A DNA stretch of 64,000 nt from Paragordius varius (GCA_964247055.1 OZ176055.1:7254001-7318000), one strand, 5' to 3'. Shown: positions 13,801-48,707, counted from the stretch's first letter. Notes: generated from the letters alone by a model not told the origin. Numbers and translations: made by a program.

Positions 13801-14606
13801 AAAACAGATTCGTTATTTTCAACCGTTTTGAGATCGCTTGAATATATTTTGTTGTTGACATTTTTTAAACTCACAGTAGTATTATTCCTTTTATCTATAT
13901 TAAGCTTGTTAAGGTGCAATAATTCTGAATTGACCTCTAGATATTTATATATAACGAAAAAGGAATTTTAGCAAATGAATTAAATGAGGATGAATATTTT
14001 AGCTTTAACTCAAAACGTAAAATGAGTTACCATTATTTTTAAAAGAATGATTTAAATTCTGTTGTCGGCTATATGAGTCCTTATTTATGTGTTTTTTATC
14101 GCTCGTTTTCCATCCAATATAATCTTCAAGGGTGGTTAATTTTGATTCCTTATCGGGATTTTGAAATTTATGCCCAAATATTTTTCTCCTAAATTTTTTG
14201 GGGTTTTGACGTTTTGAAAAATTTAAATCTCCAAAAACATATAAGGATTCGCCTGGCAAATAAAATATTGAATTGTATGCGGAGATTTCACTAAATTTAA
14301 GTATTGAAAAATACTTATGAAAAGTGATGTATTTTTGATCTAATTTAGATTTAATTACATCCTGTCATTGTATAAAAGTAAGAAAAAAACCTTTTTAAAT
14401 TTTGTGTGCTTAAATTTTCTTTTTTTGTACACATTTTGACTGTAAGGAATGGTTTTTACACCTATGTAACGGGATTTTCTAAATTTTGTAATATAATTAC
14501 TTCGCCGGTCTATCTTTCTAAATTTAAATTAAAAAATAACTTTTTCTATATTTATCTTGAAAGTTCCATTGCTTTTATATCTTTTTTCGGAGGCCACATA
14601 ATTCAT
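10847..14606 (-). CDS. SECISBP2: SECIS-binding protein 2 (L7Ae-domain selenocysteine incorporation factor), about 556 aa, 10 exons
   Basis: Exons 14606-14541, 14517-14501, 14478-14391, 14361-14031, 13936-13660, 12765-12559, 12279-12171, 11770-11641, 11519-11185, 10957-10847 give one open frame of 1671 nt. EYCTQMY...AKDKRRLVYGFKD...LCCLIIAPDLE...IPYLFSVSRKKL...VSAIGIVNFSGAE resembles SBP2 DYCSQML...AKTKRRLVLGLRE...CVIISPNCE...IPFVFALNRKAL...VSVVGIFSYDGAQ. The first three exons are inferred from phase, not homology. Confidence 0.85.
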
Positions 14607-14657
14607 TTATATGTGAATCTCAGAAATCCTCCAAATTTAAATACTATCACATTTGTT

Positions 14658-16132
14658 GGCCCATGTGAATGAGCCAGTTGAGCAGGCTCATTCACCACTT
14701 TTAATGATCCAGGTGAATGAGCCTTCCTCATCCTGTTGAGATGGAGGAATTTTTAATCCTGGTTTTTTCAGGATTAAGCTTGTTACAAAAGCCGATATCA
14801 TGAGAACTAGGAAGAATTTTTGGAATCTGGAAACTGTATTAGCCTTAAAAAGGTATATTTAATATATGTATATGGTAGGTTTTGGAAATTTTGGACATGG
14901 ATTAAAAAATATTTTTCGGGCAAATGCTTACTAAAGGTTAGATGCTTTATTTTTATATATTTAGGCAATAAATGGTAGTTAGTTCGAGTTTATAAGCAAG
15001 TTTAACTGAATATTTAGAAAATCATCGTATAACTACTGATATGTTTTTTCAAGGATTTAGAATAAGCCATCAAATAATTCTTTTCTCACTTGAAACCATT
15101 CTAAATAGTAAAATAATCAGGAATACTATCGAGTATTTTAAATTTGGTTTATTTTAGACATGAAACTCATTAATGATAATCGGAGTTTTCGGTAATACAT
15201 ATTTCTATAAAAGCGATAGGTAACATTGACGAAAATGAGTTAGCAAACTTTTATCAGAAGATCAGACAACACCTATATTGAATAGCCATCAGACAGGAGT
15301 AGATCGGAGAAACAAAATTTGACATAATTTTATTTATAATTTATTTTTACACAATAAATGAATATATTTTATAAATGTATTATTGGTTTGGCTCAGTTAT
15401 TGGGATTCCATGGATTAATTTACGATATATGTCTCTATCATTTGTTGCGTTTCGAGGTATGTTCAAGAATTTAAAGTCTTATTCTATGATTTGAGTCCAA
15501 GTTGTTTTAGGCCTCCCTTTTCGGTTAAGAACAGGGATCTGTAAATCAAGAATTTCTTTTGCAGGTGAGTCTATACTGGATCTCTCTATGTGTCTAAAAT
15601 ACCGAAGTCTATTTGTTCTGATTAAAGCTTTTATTGGTTCTAGTTCAATGGTAGAATTTATCATCACATAGCATTTTGTCTTCCGTTCTTTTCAATCTCG
15701 ATTCTAATGTTTTTGTGATTGCCCAATTTAAATATTGATCATTTCTTCGACTAAAGCCTCCTAGACCTTAAGCTTTTAGTCATTGCAGAATTTATTTACG
15801 GATTCATAAAGATGCACAGATATCTCGAATTTAGACAAAACTTTAAGACCCGCATATAAATCGCGTGTAACTGTTTTCATCATATTGATAAAAATACAAA
15901 TCAGGCCTTCGCCATTGCTAAATTTATTTACGATATTCATAAAGATGGATGTATATCTATATATTATTTGAACAAAATAACCTAAATAGCGTGTAGAACT
16001 GTTATCCATCATACTGATAAAAATTTTCAAAATTCCCACCTCAAAAACTCAATCACCTCCCTCAAACATATGCTTCCTCATAATCCATAATCCAGGTGAA
16101 TGAGCTTGAAAATTGGCTCATTCACATGGCCC
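14658..16132. mobile_element. TIR-bounded non-autonomous element (Harbinger-like ends) between SBP2 and ZCCHC9
   Basis: Left end ggcccatgtgaatgagcca (14658); right end tggctcattcacatggccc (ends 16132); 18/19 inverted match. Five GTGAATGAGC motifs cluster at the two ends. TSD is ambiguous (possibly TTG). Confidence 0.6.
15377..15720 (-). mobile_element. RTE 3' fragment nested in the TIR element
   Basis: IRTNRLRYFRHIERS...RKGRPKTTWTQII (ORF 15667-15479); the 3' part is shared with 39071-39202. Confidence 0.8.
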
Positions 16133-16143
16133 TTGATGTACCA

Positions 16144-17742
16144 ATGAAAATAAATGCATCATCTCAAAAACCGAAATCAAAATTTAAAAAGGGGGTGTTT
16201 TTTTGCTTTAAATTATTATAATCAAATTTTATATATTTCGCCTTGACTTTTTGGTGTGCGGTACCGGCTTATGCAACCATGGATTCCCATCCAGGCTAGA
16301 ATGCAATCTATGACAATGTTGGATAGTGGCTGTGCGCTAGCTTAGCTAATGGGGCGGATTGGGAAGATTGATACAGTGCTCTGGAGATTGCGCAGATCCA
16401 ATAGCTTCTCAATAGGACATGGCTGTTTGATCTTTCCGTAGAATGATGGCACCAACTACACTATACAATCTTCTGCAAGGGTCTCCTACCGGGCTCTACG
16501 ATAACCTCACTGTATGCCTTTGCCATTCCCGGCATAATTATAGGAGCGCTTGGGGATGTCGCGTCTGGTAGGCAGAATTGTCTTTGCAGACATTGTGTAG
16601 CAGTTTGGATGTAGCCTTAACAGATAAGACTTTTTTGATTACCTTTATTAACTTATTGTTTGTTTTATAAACTTTAACTTATCCATAATTGACATTTATT
16701 GATTTAATTTAAGCCAATTGGCCTTAAACTATAATTTAATATGGATCTCGTTTGCTTTAACTTTGCCAGACATTAAATTTTATTTAGTATCTTCCCTGCT
16801 TAGCTTTGATTTATTCTATTTTTGGACAAAATATTTTTGGTTTATTATGAATTTACTATTGCATCAATTAATTTATTACCGTTGTATGACTTTCAATTTT
16901 GAAAATCGCTTTTATGCTTATCTCACTATTTAATTCGTTTTCGTGTCATATCGTAAAAAATTTTAATTCGATAACTCGCTTGCCATTTGTCATTTTTAGA
17001 TTTTAATTCATCGTCATAAATCATAATTGATTGGAGCGCCTTGTTTATATCGATTATTTACACATTTAGTTTATCATATATATGTTTAGTATTATACGTT
17101 CCATTGCATATGTTTGTTAGAAGCCGTGAAGAATGATTGACGTCCCGCTGCCCTGAGGCGTGTAAAAGCGTAGGAAGGCGGTAAGGGTCGTCCTGTGCGG
17201 ACAGTGACGGTACGGAGCAAGCCTGTCACACCCTTTTCTGGATACCTGGATTTAAAAAGGGGATCAATAAACGTGAATTTAGGCGGCTTAAACGCATAAA
17301 CCAGAGGACAGAGAATATTGTATGATATTGTTTAATAAGTTTTTAGAAATGTTTTAAATGTCGTCAGTTAGGCCACCTAATGTCAGAGTGCGAAACTGCA
17401 ATCAATGAATCCAAATCATCGGGGATGATTGAGGACGATTGTTATGATATATGTTATAAATGCGGTAGCCTTGAACACAAATCCAGTAATTGCAATCAAA
17501 AAGTAATCGGATATCCTTACGCAAAATGTTTTATATGCAATCAAATCGGCCATATTTCCAAAAATTGTGTACAAAATACTAATGGTATTTATCCAGATGG
17601 TGGTTTTTGTCTTTATTGTGAGCAAAAGGATCACCTAAAAAAAGATTGTCCACAAATAAAAAACAAATTGGATTCCGGACCTCAAACTGCTTCTGGCACC
17701 AACACAAGAGTGAAAAAAATCAAAAAAGTTGTTAAGCTGTAG
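16144..17742 (+). CDS. ZCCHC9: CCHC zinc-knuckle protein, ZCCHC9-like (four knuckles)
   Basis: Exons 16144-16194, 17260-17319, 17347-17742. REFRRLKR, CFKCRQLGHLMSEC, CYKCGSLEHKSSNC, YPYAKCFICNQIGHISKNC and GIYPDGGFCLYCEQKDHLKKDCP follow the ZCCHC9 pattern. Exon 1 is inferred from the 13-bp direct repeat and frame. Confidence 0.85.
16195..17249. mobile_element. Unclassified 1055-bp insertion flanked by a perfect 13-bp direct repeat
   Basis: atttaaaaagggg at 16182-16194 and 17250-17262. GC-rich blocks at about 16250-16620 and 17120-17250. No TIRs or LTRs recognised. Confidence 0.7.
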
Positions 17743-17963
17743 CGTTAATAAATATTAATTATATGTAATTTTAATATATCCATTTTTTGGTCTAGCGAAA
17801 CCGTTATCGGTTTAAGCCAACCTCTGTACTATTCCACATTTATTCATAAAAAAAACTAAATCTTTCCAATTTAGAACTTTTTTTCAGCCAAAGAATTTTA
17901 CCTCTCCTATCTTTTTTGGCCAAATGGTCCCATTTACAGATTAGATAATTCGATACAATAAGA

Positions 17964-18126
17964 GAGTAGCGTATGGCATAAAACAATGTTAGTCCATAAA
18001 AGAATAAAATATTGTTTTTTAAAACAATGGGATATTATGGATATGTGTGTATACAACCAGGCTTTTTTTAAAAAAACATTTTTTATTATTTTATACACTA
18101 ATAATGTTTTATGCCATACTCTACTG
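17964..18126. mobile_element. Small MITE
   Basis: agtag.gtatggcataaaaca.t.ttagt inverted at the two ends. Confidence 0.55.
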
Positions 18127-21100
18127 TATATAACCATAAAATATAACATCACATTTATTATGCCCTACTATCCTCTATATCTAAAACTGTGGTAGTCGTA
18201 TCGCGACCCTCTGGCCACATGCGGCTTAAAAGAACAATTGTCAATTGTTATCACTTAATTATTTTTTTTATTAAATGATTATTTAGAAATACATATAATC
18301 GATAAATTTGAGATTTCGATATAATTTTGGTATTTATTATTTTTTTCTATTATGAAATGAAATATGGAAAATGTAATTTCTTTGGTATCCGCTTTTCACA
18401 TAAAAAAGCTATACCGTAAGCTTCATAAGAATTTCTTATATTTTATAATATTAAATCTTTTGCCGATGCGAGCATGTAAGCGGTTTCACCCTTAACCAAA
18501 TTATGGCTTAATTTAAGTGCGCGACAAATTGAATGTCTGTTAAATTTATTTTCAAGCGAAATGTTGGAAATATTTTAGCTCACCTATCAGTAGAACTGAT
18601 ATTAGTTCCACACCATAAGGTTCAATATTCTGTTTAAGTGAAATGTCTAAAAGTTACCAATGAACAAAAGCTGGTAATGATTTTGCTCAATTGGCACTTT
18701 TATCTTTAAAAAATTGGTTGCTTACGGTTTTTTTCATTTGAAAATATATAAAATTTACACAACCTTAATCCTTTCTTTTCATTAAAATACAAGATTTCCG
18801 AATCAATAATTAAAACTGTTGTGGAAGGTGTTTTAAGTCTTAGTAGATTCTAAGTTTTTAAAAAAATAATCTCAATGAATTCTTGTGATTTGGCCTGAGA
18901 AGGGCTTTAAATAATTTCGTGTTTAAAGACATGAAATATTCTAAATTTTTAAGTAAAAAAGTATATTATCAATAATAAATTGTGAGTTGTCTTGGCTTAT
19001 CTTTTCCACATTTCTCATAAATCAAATGTTTAAATAGACGTCTTTAAGGTGATAACATTTTCGAAAATCAAATATAAATGTTTGATGAAAAATTATTAAC
19101 ATATTAAGTTATTATAATATCTATTTCCGAGACTTAAAATACTCAAGAAAAACATATGAAAACTGCCATATCAACTCGATTGATAATTATTTAACATTTG
19201 TATTTAATGAGATAAAATTCCGATTAGATATTTAAAAATATTAAAAAATCCTTAAAACTCGTTGTAAATCCATGGCATATGGATATGTCAAATATAACGT
19301 AACTTGTGCAATTTTCGATCATCCGCATAATGAAAAATTAAAATATTCAAATTTAGAAGCTACACGGAAAATCTGAAATGTAAGAGCTACATCGAAGCAT
19401 GTCCCAATTACATATAAAAGTTCTCAAGATTTTACTGTTTTCCCATCAACTTATACATGCGCTGTTTAAAAATGAAACATGTTAAAATGTATCAAAATCG
19501 TCTAGAACAGCGTATTAAGATTGGCCTGTCATAATGCTAAACCAGATTTCTTTCGATAAAGATTAAAATATGTCCACTTATAAGATATTTGTCGTATTAT
19601 AAGGTACACGGCCTTTAAGACTAAATAATCTATTATTCGGATCGTCATATTTTTTAATTAATACCTCTGGTTTAAAAATACATATTCTTTTATAATGGAA
19701 ACAATAATAAAATATTTACATTGTATTAGATAACATATATTTTTGGAAGCGCGGTTTTGGACCTTTATAACAATTTATGGCTTAAAAAGTCAAGACACAA
19801 AAACTCTTAAATAGATTCCCAGATATAATGTTTTATTCCTCTTTCAGGAGTAACATTGGACCACACTTAGCATAAAAAGATATTTGTTCCAATTATCATT
19901 GGTAGGTAACTAAATGTTATTAGAACTTTTTCTATAAATAACGACAAAGAATATTCAAATATTAGAGCTATTTAGTCAAGAAAAAAATATTGATAATTTT
20001 ATTAAGTATTGGATATATTCTTGTATAATATAATGTGACCAAACATAGTTTGACGCAATACAACATTAAAACATAATTTGCCTCTTTTTACACCATTGGG
20101 TGGTATATTACACAGTTTCTACAAAAATATCATGATAATATATATATATATATATATATACTTGTTGTACCCAAGTGTTAAAGTCATAATTCTTTTGGCT
20201 CTTTTAAAATGAAGTGTTTTATTAAAATAAACGCAAAATTCCCTTAAATATATACTAAATTTTGATATCAACTAAATATATATTTCAAAAAATGCATACT
20301 TTCAAAAATTTAATTTTTAGCATTTGTTGAAGCATTCATACTATTTTGACCATGATGGAAACGATATAAACGGTGGAGATGTTATAAAATTTTATATATA
20401 TTATTTGATGATGCTATCTCAATCAGAATTGATTGAAATATTCGTTCTTTTCCAAAAATTTACCAAAATTTGCAAGCAACCAAACTTTTAAAATAAAATT
20501 CTGAATGTTCGACATCATCCTGTTTAGAAAACATGTTTTATTAATTTTAGAAGGTTATGCCGTTTCCATCATGCTTCAAAATCGTTAAAAGTACGCTAAC
20601 AAAATATCAAATTTGTTTATGCAAAAAAATATGAAACTAATAAAATTTAACGTTTATGAAAAAAATTTAGTTATATCATACCTCCCACCATTTAAGTTTG
20701 AATAACAACTCTTTATTTTTACGAAAAAAGGTTATTTCGAAATCATATGCCATATATAATAAATTTTAATAATAGTTACGGGAATAACAATTTTCGAAAT
20801 AATTTTCTGTATATAACAAAAATGAACTAAACTGATCAAACATTTATTAAAATATAAATTAATTTTGTTATTTTTAATTTTGAGACACCTCTTTTTGCGG
20901 AAGCCCTGAGTGAAAGAGCCATTAGTCTGAATCTTACAGTGGAGTACGTGATTTATAGTTACGCCACTGCGCGAAAGGCTGCAATCATAGACGGTTTGAC
21001 TGATCCATAATTTAATTGATGTATGATTTGAGCAGAAAATAAAATATTAACCAATTCTTAAATTTTTAATGCAAAAAGAACCATTCTTTACTAATTATGG

Positions 21101-23780
21101 GGTTATTTACAGAGGGTACTATATTAAATTCTAAACAATTTTTTTGAATAAATAGAAGGTAATTAAAATATATTCACAAATAATTGAATTTTATCAATTT
21201 CAAAAAGCTGTACAAAAGTGGGGGCAGTACAGTCACAGTTTGAAAATCCAGTACTGCATTGCGAAAAACAGCCTATCTGGTAACATTAGTATAATACCAT
21301 AAAACTAAACATTTGTAATTCACGCTTAAAGATTTCATGTCTTTGTATATTTTAAAATTTAACCTTAGATACACACCTTCTAACCTTTTTTCAAAATTTC
21401 TCCTGAATATTTTTTTTACCCTTGTATAATAAGCCTTTATATATTTTAGGATATTTGAATATCTTACTCTAATTCTGTTTTTCTTAGCTTAATTTAACTA
21501 GCAAATTAAAATATTTATTTTTTGGCATATCATATACAAAGTACAAAAATAAATATTTCGATAAAAATTTGATAGTAGTTTATCAGGATTCTCATGGTGG
21601 TTTTGGAGCTTACAAGTGATTCAATAAAGTATTATTTATGCTGTTCATATCGAAAAAAAGAAAGGCGCATATTCTAAATAAATTTTTTTGGTGAAGGCTA
21701 ATGCTTTATTAAAATAACATTGAAATACATAATAAATTTCGCCATTTTCTGATATGAAGCAGAAAACAAATGAATAAATCTCTTAAATTCTTCGTAGGGC
21801 CTAAACCAAAAGAATCATGATAATCCCAATACATTTTGTATCAGGATATATATCTTATCAGGTTATTTTTTTGAGGCACTGTATGTTGTGTAATGCAATT
21901 TAACATGTTTAAATATATTTCATATTTTTACAAACTTTATACACGCCTTGCTTACTATTTACTCCGATTTTAATCGAAGGACTGAAACAAATTTCTTGCA
22001 TTCAATTGTTAATATAAGATGCGATTTAAAAATAATCTTTATTTTAGCGTTTTAAAAAAGCACGATAATTGCAAAAATGCTCTTAAATAAAAATCGCATT
22101 AAACTACTTTGTTTTTTGAAACTTAATTGTAGTTTAATATTTTGGCTTATTTATACATTCTATATCATCATAGAAAGAATATATTTAAATTGGAACGTCC
22201 CTTTCACTTCTTAATAATATCAATTTGAATTTGGTCGGGAGCCACTCACACCGATGTGAATCGAAGTTTTAAAAAATCCAAAATTTTCTGAAAAGCTCCT
22301 ATGAATATTAATTTTCTTTATATATACTTTATATAATAATTTTTGATAACCACCAATTTTGTGCACTCTATAAATTAAATAATAAATAACATAACCATCT
22401 TTACAAATAAATAGCTTTTTAATTTTATGAGTTTCGGATTTTTATTCTATTATAATAAATATAATATACTCTGCTTTGTCTTTATTTATGTGTTATTCAA
22501 AACTACATTCTTCGTGAAACGTTTTACCAATTATTTTAACGTTACATATGTAATTCATAACGCTATCGGAGAAAGGTATGTTTTTTTGAATTTTTAATTC
22601 AACTAGTATAAGTATAAATTTATTTTATACTAATAATTTAAGAGTATATCTATTTAAAATTTATTTATTATTGGCCGATAATCACCTAAGTGTGATATTA
22701 TTGGATCAATTTCTTTTTTACCGATTTTAATTTTGAAATACTAACTTTTGTGATATATCTGGATGAGAAAAACTCTTTTTGTTAAAAAAACCATTTTGTG
22801 TTTCTCACAATAAGTTTTTAACAATATTTTAATCCTATTTCCAATGTTAAATGTAAATTAAAAAAATTATTCAAGCTCATGTGTCGCCTTTTTATTCATA
22901 AGCCCGTTCCTTATGGTATAAAATCTTATATGCATATATTTAATTTTTTTTAATAAATTTAATTTTATATTTTATCCTATATATATATTTTTGAGCTGCA
23001 TATTTTTTGAAAAATTTTATAGTTTTCGATATGTGCGGTTTTTTGGGCGCGTTTTTAAAACATTTAAAAATATTTGAAAATTTATATTTTGGCTAAGCAG
23101 CCTAGTTTTTCTTTATTAAGGGAATATTTTAAAGCGTAAAAAGTTTATGACAAAGCTGGTTAGATGCAGAAATGACAATTAAACACAAAATTTATGGTTC
23201 TTTACAATTTGCATTGTTTGGTCAAAAATTTGAAATATTTTCTTTATTTTTAATTGATTTTATTTACCTAATTTTAGCATTTTTGATCTTTTTGTTTTTT
23301 TCTAATTAAGGCAAATATTTTATCAGCTGATATACATTGGTTAGATATTGTTAACACTTGGATACAACACATTCATTTTAGTCCTACGATATAAATTGGG
23401 GTGGTTAAATATCCCAGGCCTGCTTAAAATTAAATTCGTTATAAAATATGGAAGGAATCGAAACCATGGCACAAAATTTTACACTTTTATAACATTAATA
23501 AACCGAAATATATAAAAAATTTTATTTAAAAATACTTGATATGACTTATTTTAAACTAAAACCGAAAGGTAAATTTTGTCCAACGTGTCATGTGTGCCGT
23601 AAAATGGAAAAATAATACAAAATAAACCGCTTTTTCTATTTCTGTCAATGTTAGATGTAATTTAAATAAATTAGCTTTAATTCTACCCTTAATATTAAAT
23701 GAAGACGATATTTTGCAAAAAATTTGTAAAATAAAAATGGCGTCGAAGCAGTTCGACATGAAACTTTTTTTTTCATAACA

Positions 23781-24560
23781 AAATTTTATTTAGATATTTT
23801 GGAATTATTATATAATTTTTATTAGGATAGAAGCATAAATTTAAATTGGGACCGTTTCATTCAGTAGTTTTTTAAAAATCTTAACTCAAATTTAGTTTGG
23901 GGTATTTAGATAACCCAATTTGAATCGAAATGTTAAATATTTCATAATTTTAGACTTATTTTGTTATACACTAACTACCTACTTTATTGTGGCCCATTTT
24001 ATATATATGTTTTGGCCGATTGGCAATTCAATATCGTATGGATAAAAAACAACAAATGCGTGTAATTCAACAATTTTTTCCCTATCTTGCAACGTCTAAA
24101 TTTGTTTATGGACTAAATTTGTTTTATATCATACCCTACTGTATTGCCAGTCGGCCAACAATAATGTCGATAGTTCAAAAGAAAATGAATACTGTATATG
24201 CGAATATTTTACCAAAAGACAGGCGTAGAAAAATCTAGTGGGGGAGAGGGGTGAGAATTCAATTAAAAATAAAACTAGAATAAAATTTCTAAGGTGCAAA
24301 TTATCAAGATTGGTCCCCGATATGAAAAAAATATTTCAGCGATTGATAAGGATCTCATTTTAAGATTATATTATTTTTGTGCATTTGTATCTGCGAAACC
24401 TTTTTTCCAAAACTAAATTTTATTTAGATATTTTGGCTTATTTATATAATTTTTATTAGGATAGAAACATAAATTTAAATTGGGACCGTTTCTTTCAGTA
24501 ATTTTTTTAAAAAATGTCAACTTAAATATTGTCTATAGTATTTAGATACCCCAATTTGAA
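23781..24560 (+). repeat. About 145-bp direct duplication (23781-23925 and 24416-24560)
   Basis: aaattttatttagatatttttgg...ttaggatagaa.cataaatttaaattgggaccgtttc.ttcagta in both. Confidence 0.8.
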
Positions 24561-25341
24561 CAGAAGTATTTGTTATACCACACACTATTGTATATCTTCA
24601 TTCATATTTAAAATTTGTAACAATATTTAAATATTTTAAGTAGTAATCTAACCCAAATTGTTTCAAAGTATTAGCTCAATATATTGGATATATGAATTTT
24701 TGTTATTGTTTTCGATAATGGGTGGATGGCATAGTTTTTAAAACTTTTTTGCACTCATTTGTTTGAATGAATTTGTTTACATCTTTAAATGTTTTATCTA
24801 AGGTTAAGGTTACATATATGTGTTGGGGATTATCAATTGTATGTGTGATAAGAACAATAAAAGTTTTTTTTGATTTTTCCCAATTTTTGTATATTGTTAA
24901 AAACAAAAAATTCAGAATGATTTTTGTAATACAAATATATACTACTATGTATCTTTAAAAGCACAACAACAGAAATTTTGGGATCATTCTTAGATTTTTA
25001 TACTTATATAACTATGTATCTATCTATTTAGTTAAACCATGGTGCAAACACAAAATCATCCAATCTTGTATTTATGAAAATGATTGCATTTACAATAATT
25101 GATATACATATATACACGCTTGTCCATTTATTGATGCCACCTTACTTAATTCACCTAAATGAGATAGAATATTAAATATCGTGAAAATTAGCCTAAAAAT
25201 TTACAAAACATATAACACATATACGCATTTTTCTTGATTCGTTTGGGAATCCCTTGTGAAAAGATTTAATAATTTTGGGGCATAAATCACACTTAATGTC
25301 AATAAAGCAAAACTAAAAAATTATACAGGATTCAATTATAA

Positions 25342-47149
<21,808 letters not shown>

Positions 47150-47980
47150 AGAGAGGAGAAAACTAAAAAATTATCATCTGATTTCCAAAAATTTATGCCA
47201 AATATATGCCTATATACTGTACTGATATAGATAATTATTTTATAAATTATTCAAATCAAATAATGACGTTTTTTGGGTAAATCTTAATATATATTATATA
47301 TACTTTATTATTTAATTCATCCATGCATATTTTATCATTTACAACGGATATATGTTAATACATGGTCATTTAAGCAAACTTTTACAAGTTTTGAAACACA
47401 TTTTTGCCCTGACTCACAAAGATATAACATTTTACCCAAAAAATTATTTTTTTACCATGTTTTAAATTTATTATTTTATATCAATATAATTTTATTTTTA
47501 TTTAATTGTCAAATTCATATTTTTTATAAACTATTATAATTCTAATAAATATTGTAATCAATTTATTTGTAAAAGGGATTTTTCTTTAAGTGTTTTACTA
47601 ATAATTTAGGGACACAAAGATTTAATTGTTCATCACATAGTCTGTTTGAGTTGTATTGATCGAAACAGATATTGTCGAAGAAATTTACGTTAGTAGATCC
47701 TATAAAAATATAATATTTAGTAAAGTTACATAAATTGTTACTAATTTGAGTTATCATATTTTATTCTTACTTAACGTACAGTTTAGAGTCATCTCTTTTA
47801 TTCTTTTCATATTTAAAGGGTAGGAGGATTTAAATTGTATCGAGGACTTGTGAAAGCTTTAACACTTGCCCAGAGCTAATTGACATTGATGATGGAAAAA
47901 TTGCGTAGTTTTGGATTTTAAACTTTGGTAATCTACACACACACACACAGTGTAAGATTCCGGTACCCTATTCACTAAAT

Positions 47981-48267
47981 CAGGGGTGGCCAATATGCGG
48001 CGACCCGCGGAAAATTTGGAATCAATGATTTGCAAAAATATGCTGACAAAATATTATTAAAATTGATATTTCTTAATGAATTATTCAAAATAAATCTATT
48101 CAATTAACAAGAACTAGAAAAAAATCGTTATATTTCGTTTTAATATTGCTGTCTTATGTTTGTAATCTAATAAATTATTTATTAATGCCCATATATATTT
48201 CAAAAGCGGCTCGTCGAAATTGAGCTAAAAATGCGGCCCGCGAAGCTATTTGTTTCGGACACTCCTG
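47981..48267 (+). mobile_element. hAT-type MITE, reference copy
   Basis: Ends caggggtggccaa and tcggacactcctg; 8-bp flanks cactaaat and cactaaac (7/8 TSD match). Confidence 0.85.
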
Positions 48268-48707
48268 CACTAAACCATCATGCCTTCATATTTATTAAAA
48301 TTTCATAATGCATGATAATTTTTTATGTGAAATTTTTTGCATCCCAAATTTGTATTATATTGTACTTATTGTTATTTCACATTCAAAACTTAACGTCAAG
48401 CCTAAAATTCAAAAGGGAATCTACGCCTTGATTTTCCCAAAATTTGTGTGAAAATATAATTAATTATTGTAGATTATCTATTATTAACAAGTTTTAGCGC
48501 TTCTGAAATACAAATATTAAAAGGCAAAAAGTTTGAGATGAGATTTTCCAAACAAATTAAATTTTAATTTATTTTTTTAAATAACACTTATACGCTTTAG
48601 AATGCTTATTTTTAAATTTATCCCATTATCACAGTATTTTAAAGGATAATTAATTTTAAAATTGCTTTTTGAGATGATCTATGTCAAACAATAAAGAGTT
48701 AATTTAA

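Noticed and set aside
14406-14672. 88-aa plus-strand ORF that would be in frame with ZCCHC9 if the TIR element were removed
   Set aside because: Phe-rich antisense of Lys-rich SBP2 exons; the frame match has a one-in-three chance.
17110-17204. ATG at 17110, in-frame TGA and a 24-nt GT-AG intron giving a selenoprotein-like ZCCHC9 N-terminus next to SBP2
   Set aside because: It lies inside the direct-repeat-flanked insert, the intron would be GC-rich unlike the other tiny introns, no SECIS was seen, and exon 1 at 16144 explains the gene better.
17195-17230. acggagca, similar to SRP RNA helix 8
   Set aside because: No GNRA-capped stem, helix 6 or Alu domain.
20920-21000. ctgagtga...cgaaa with a small hairpin, hammerhead-like
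   Set aside because: The core does not fit CUGANGA and the three stems cannot be formed.
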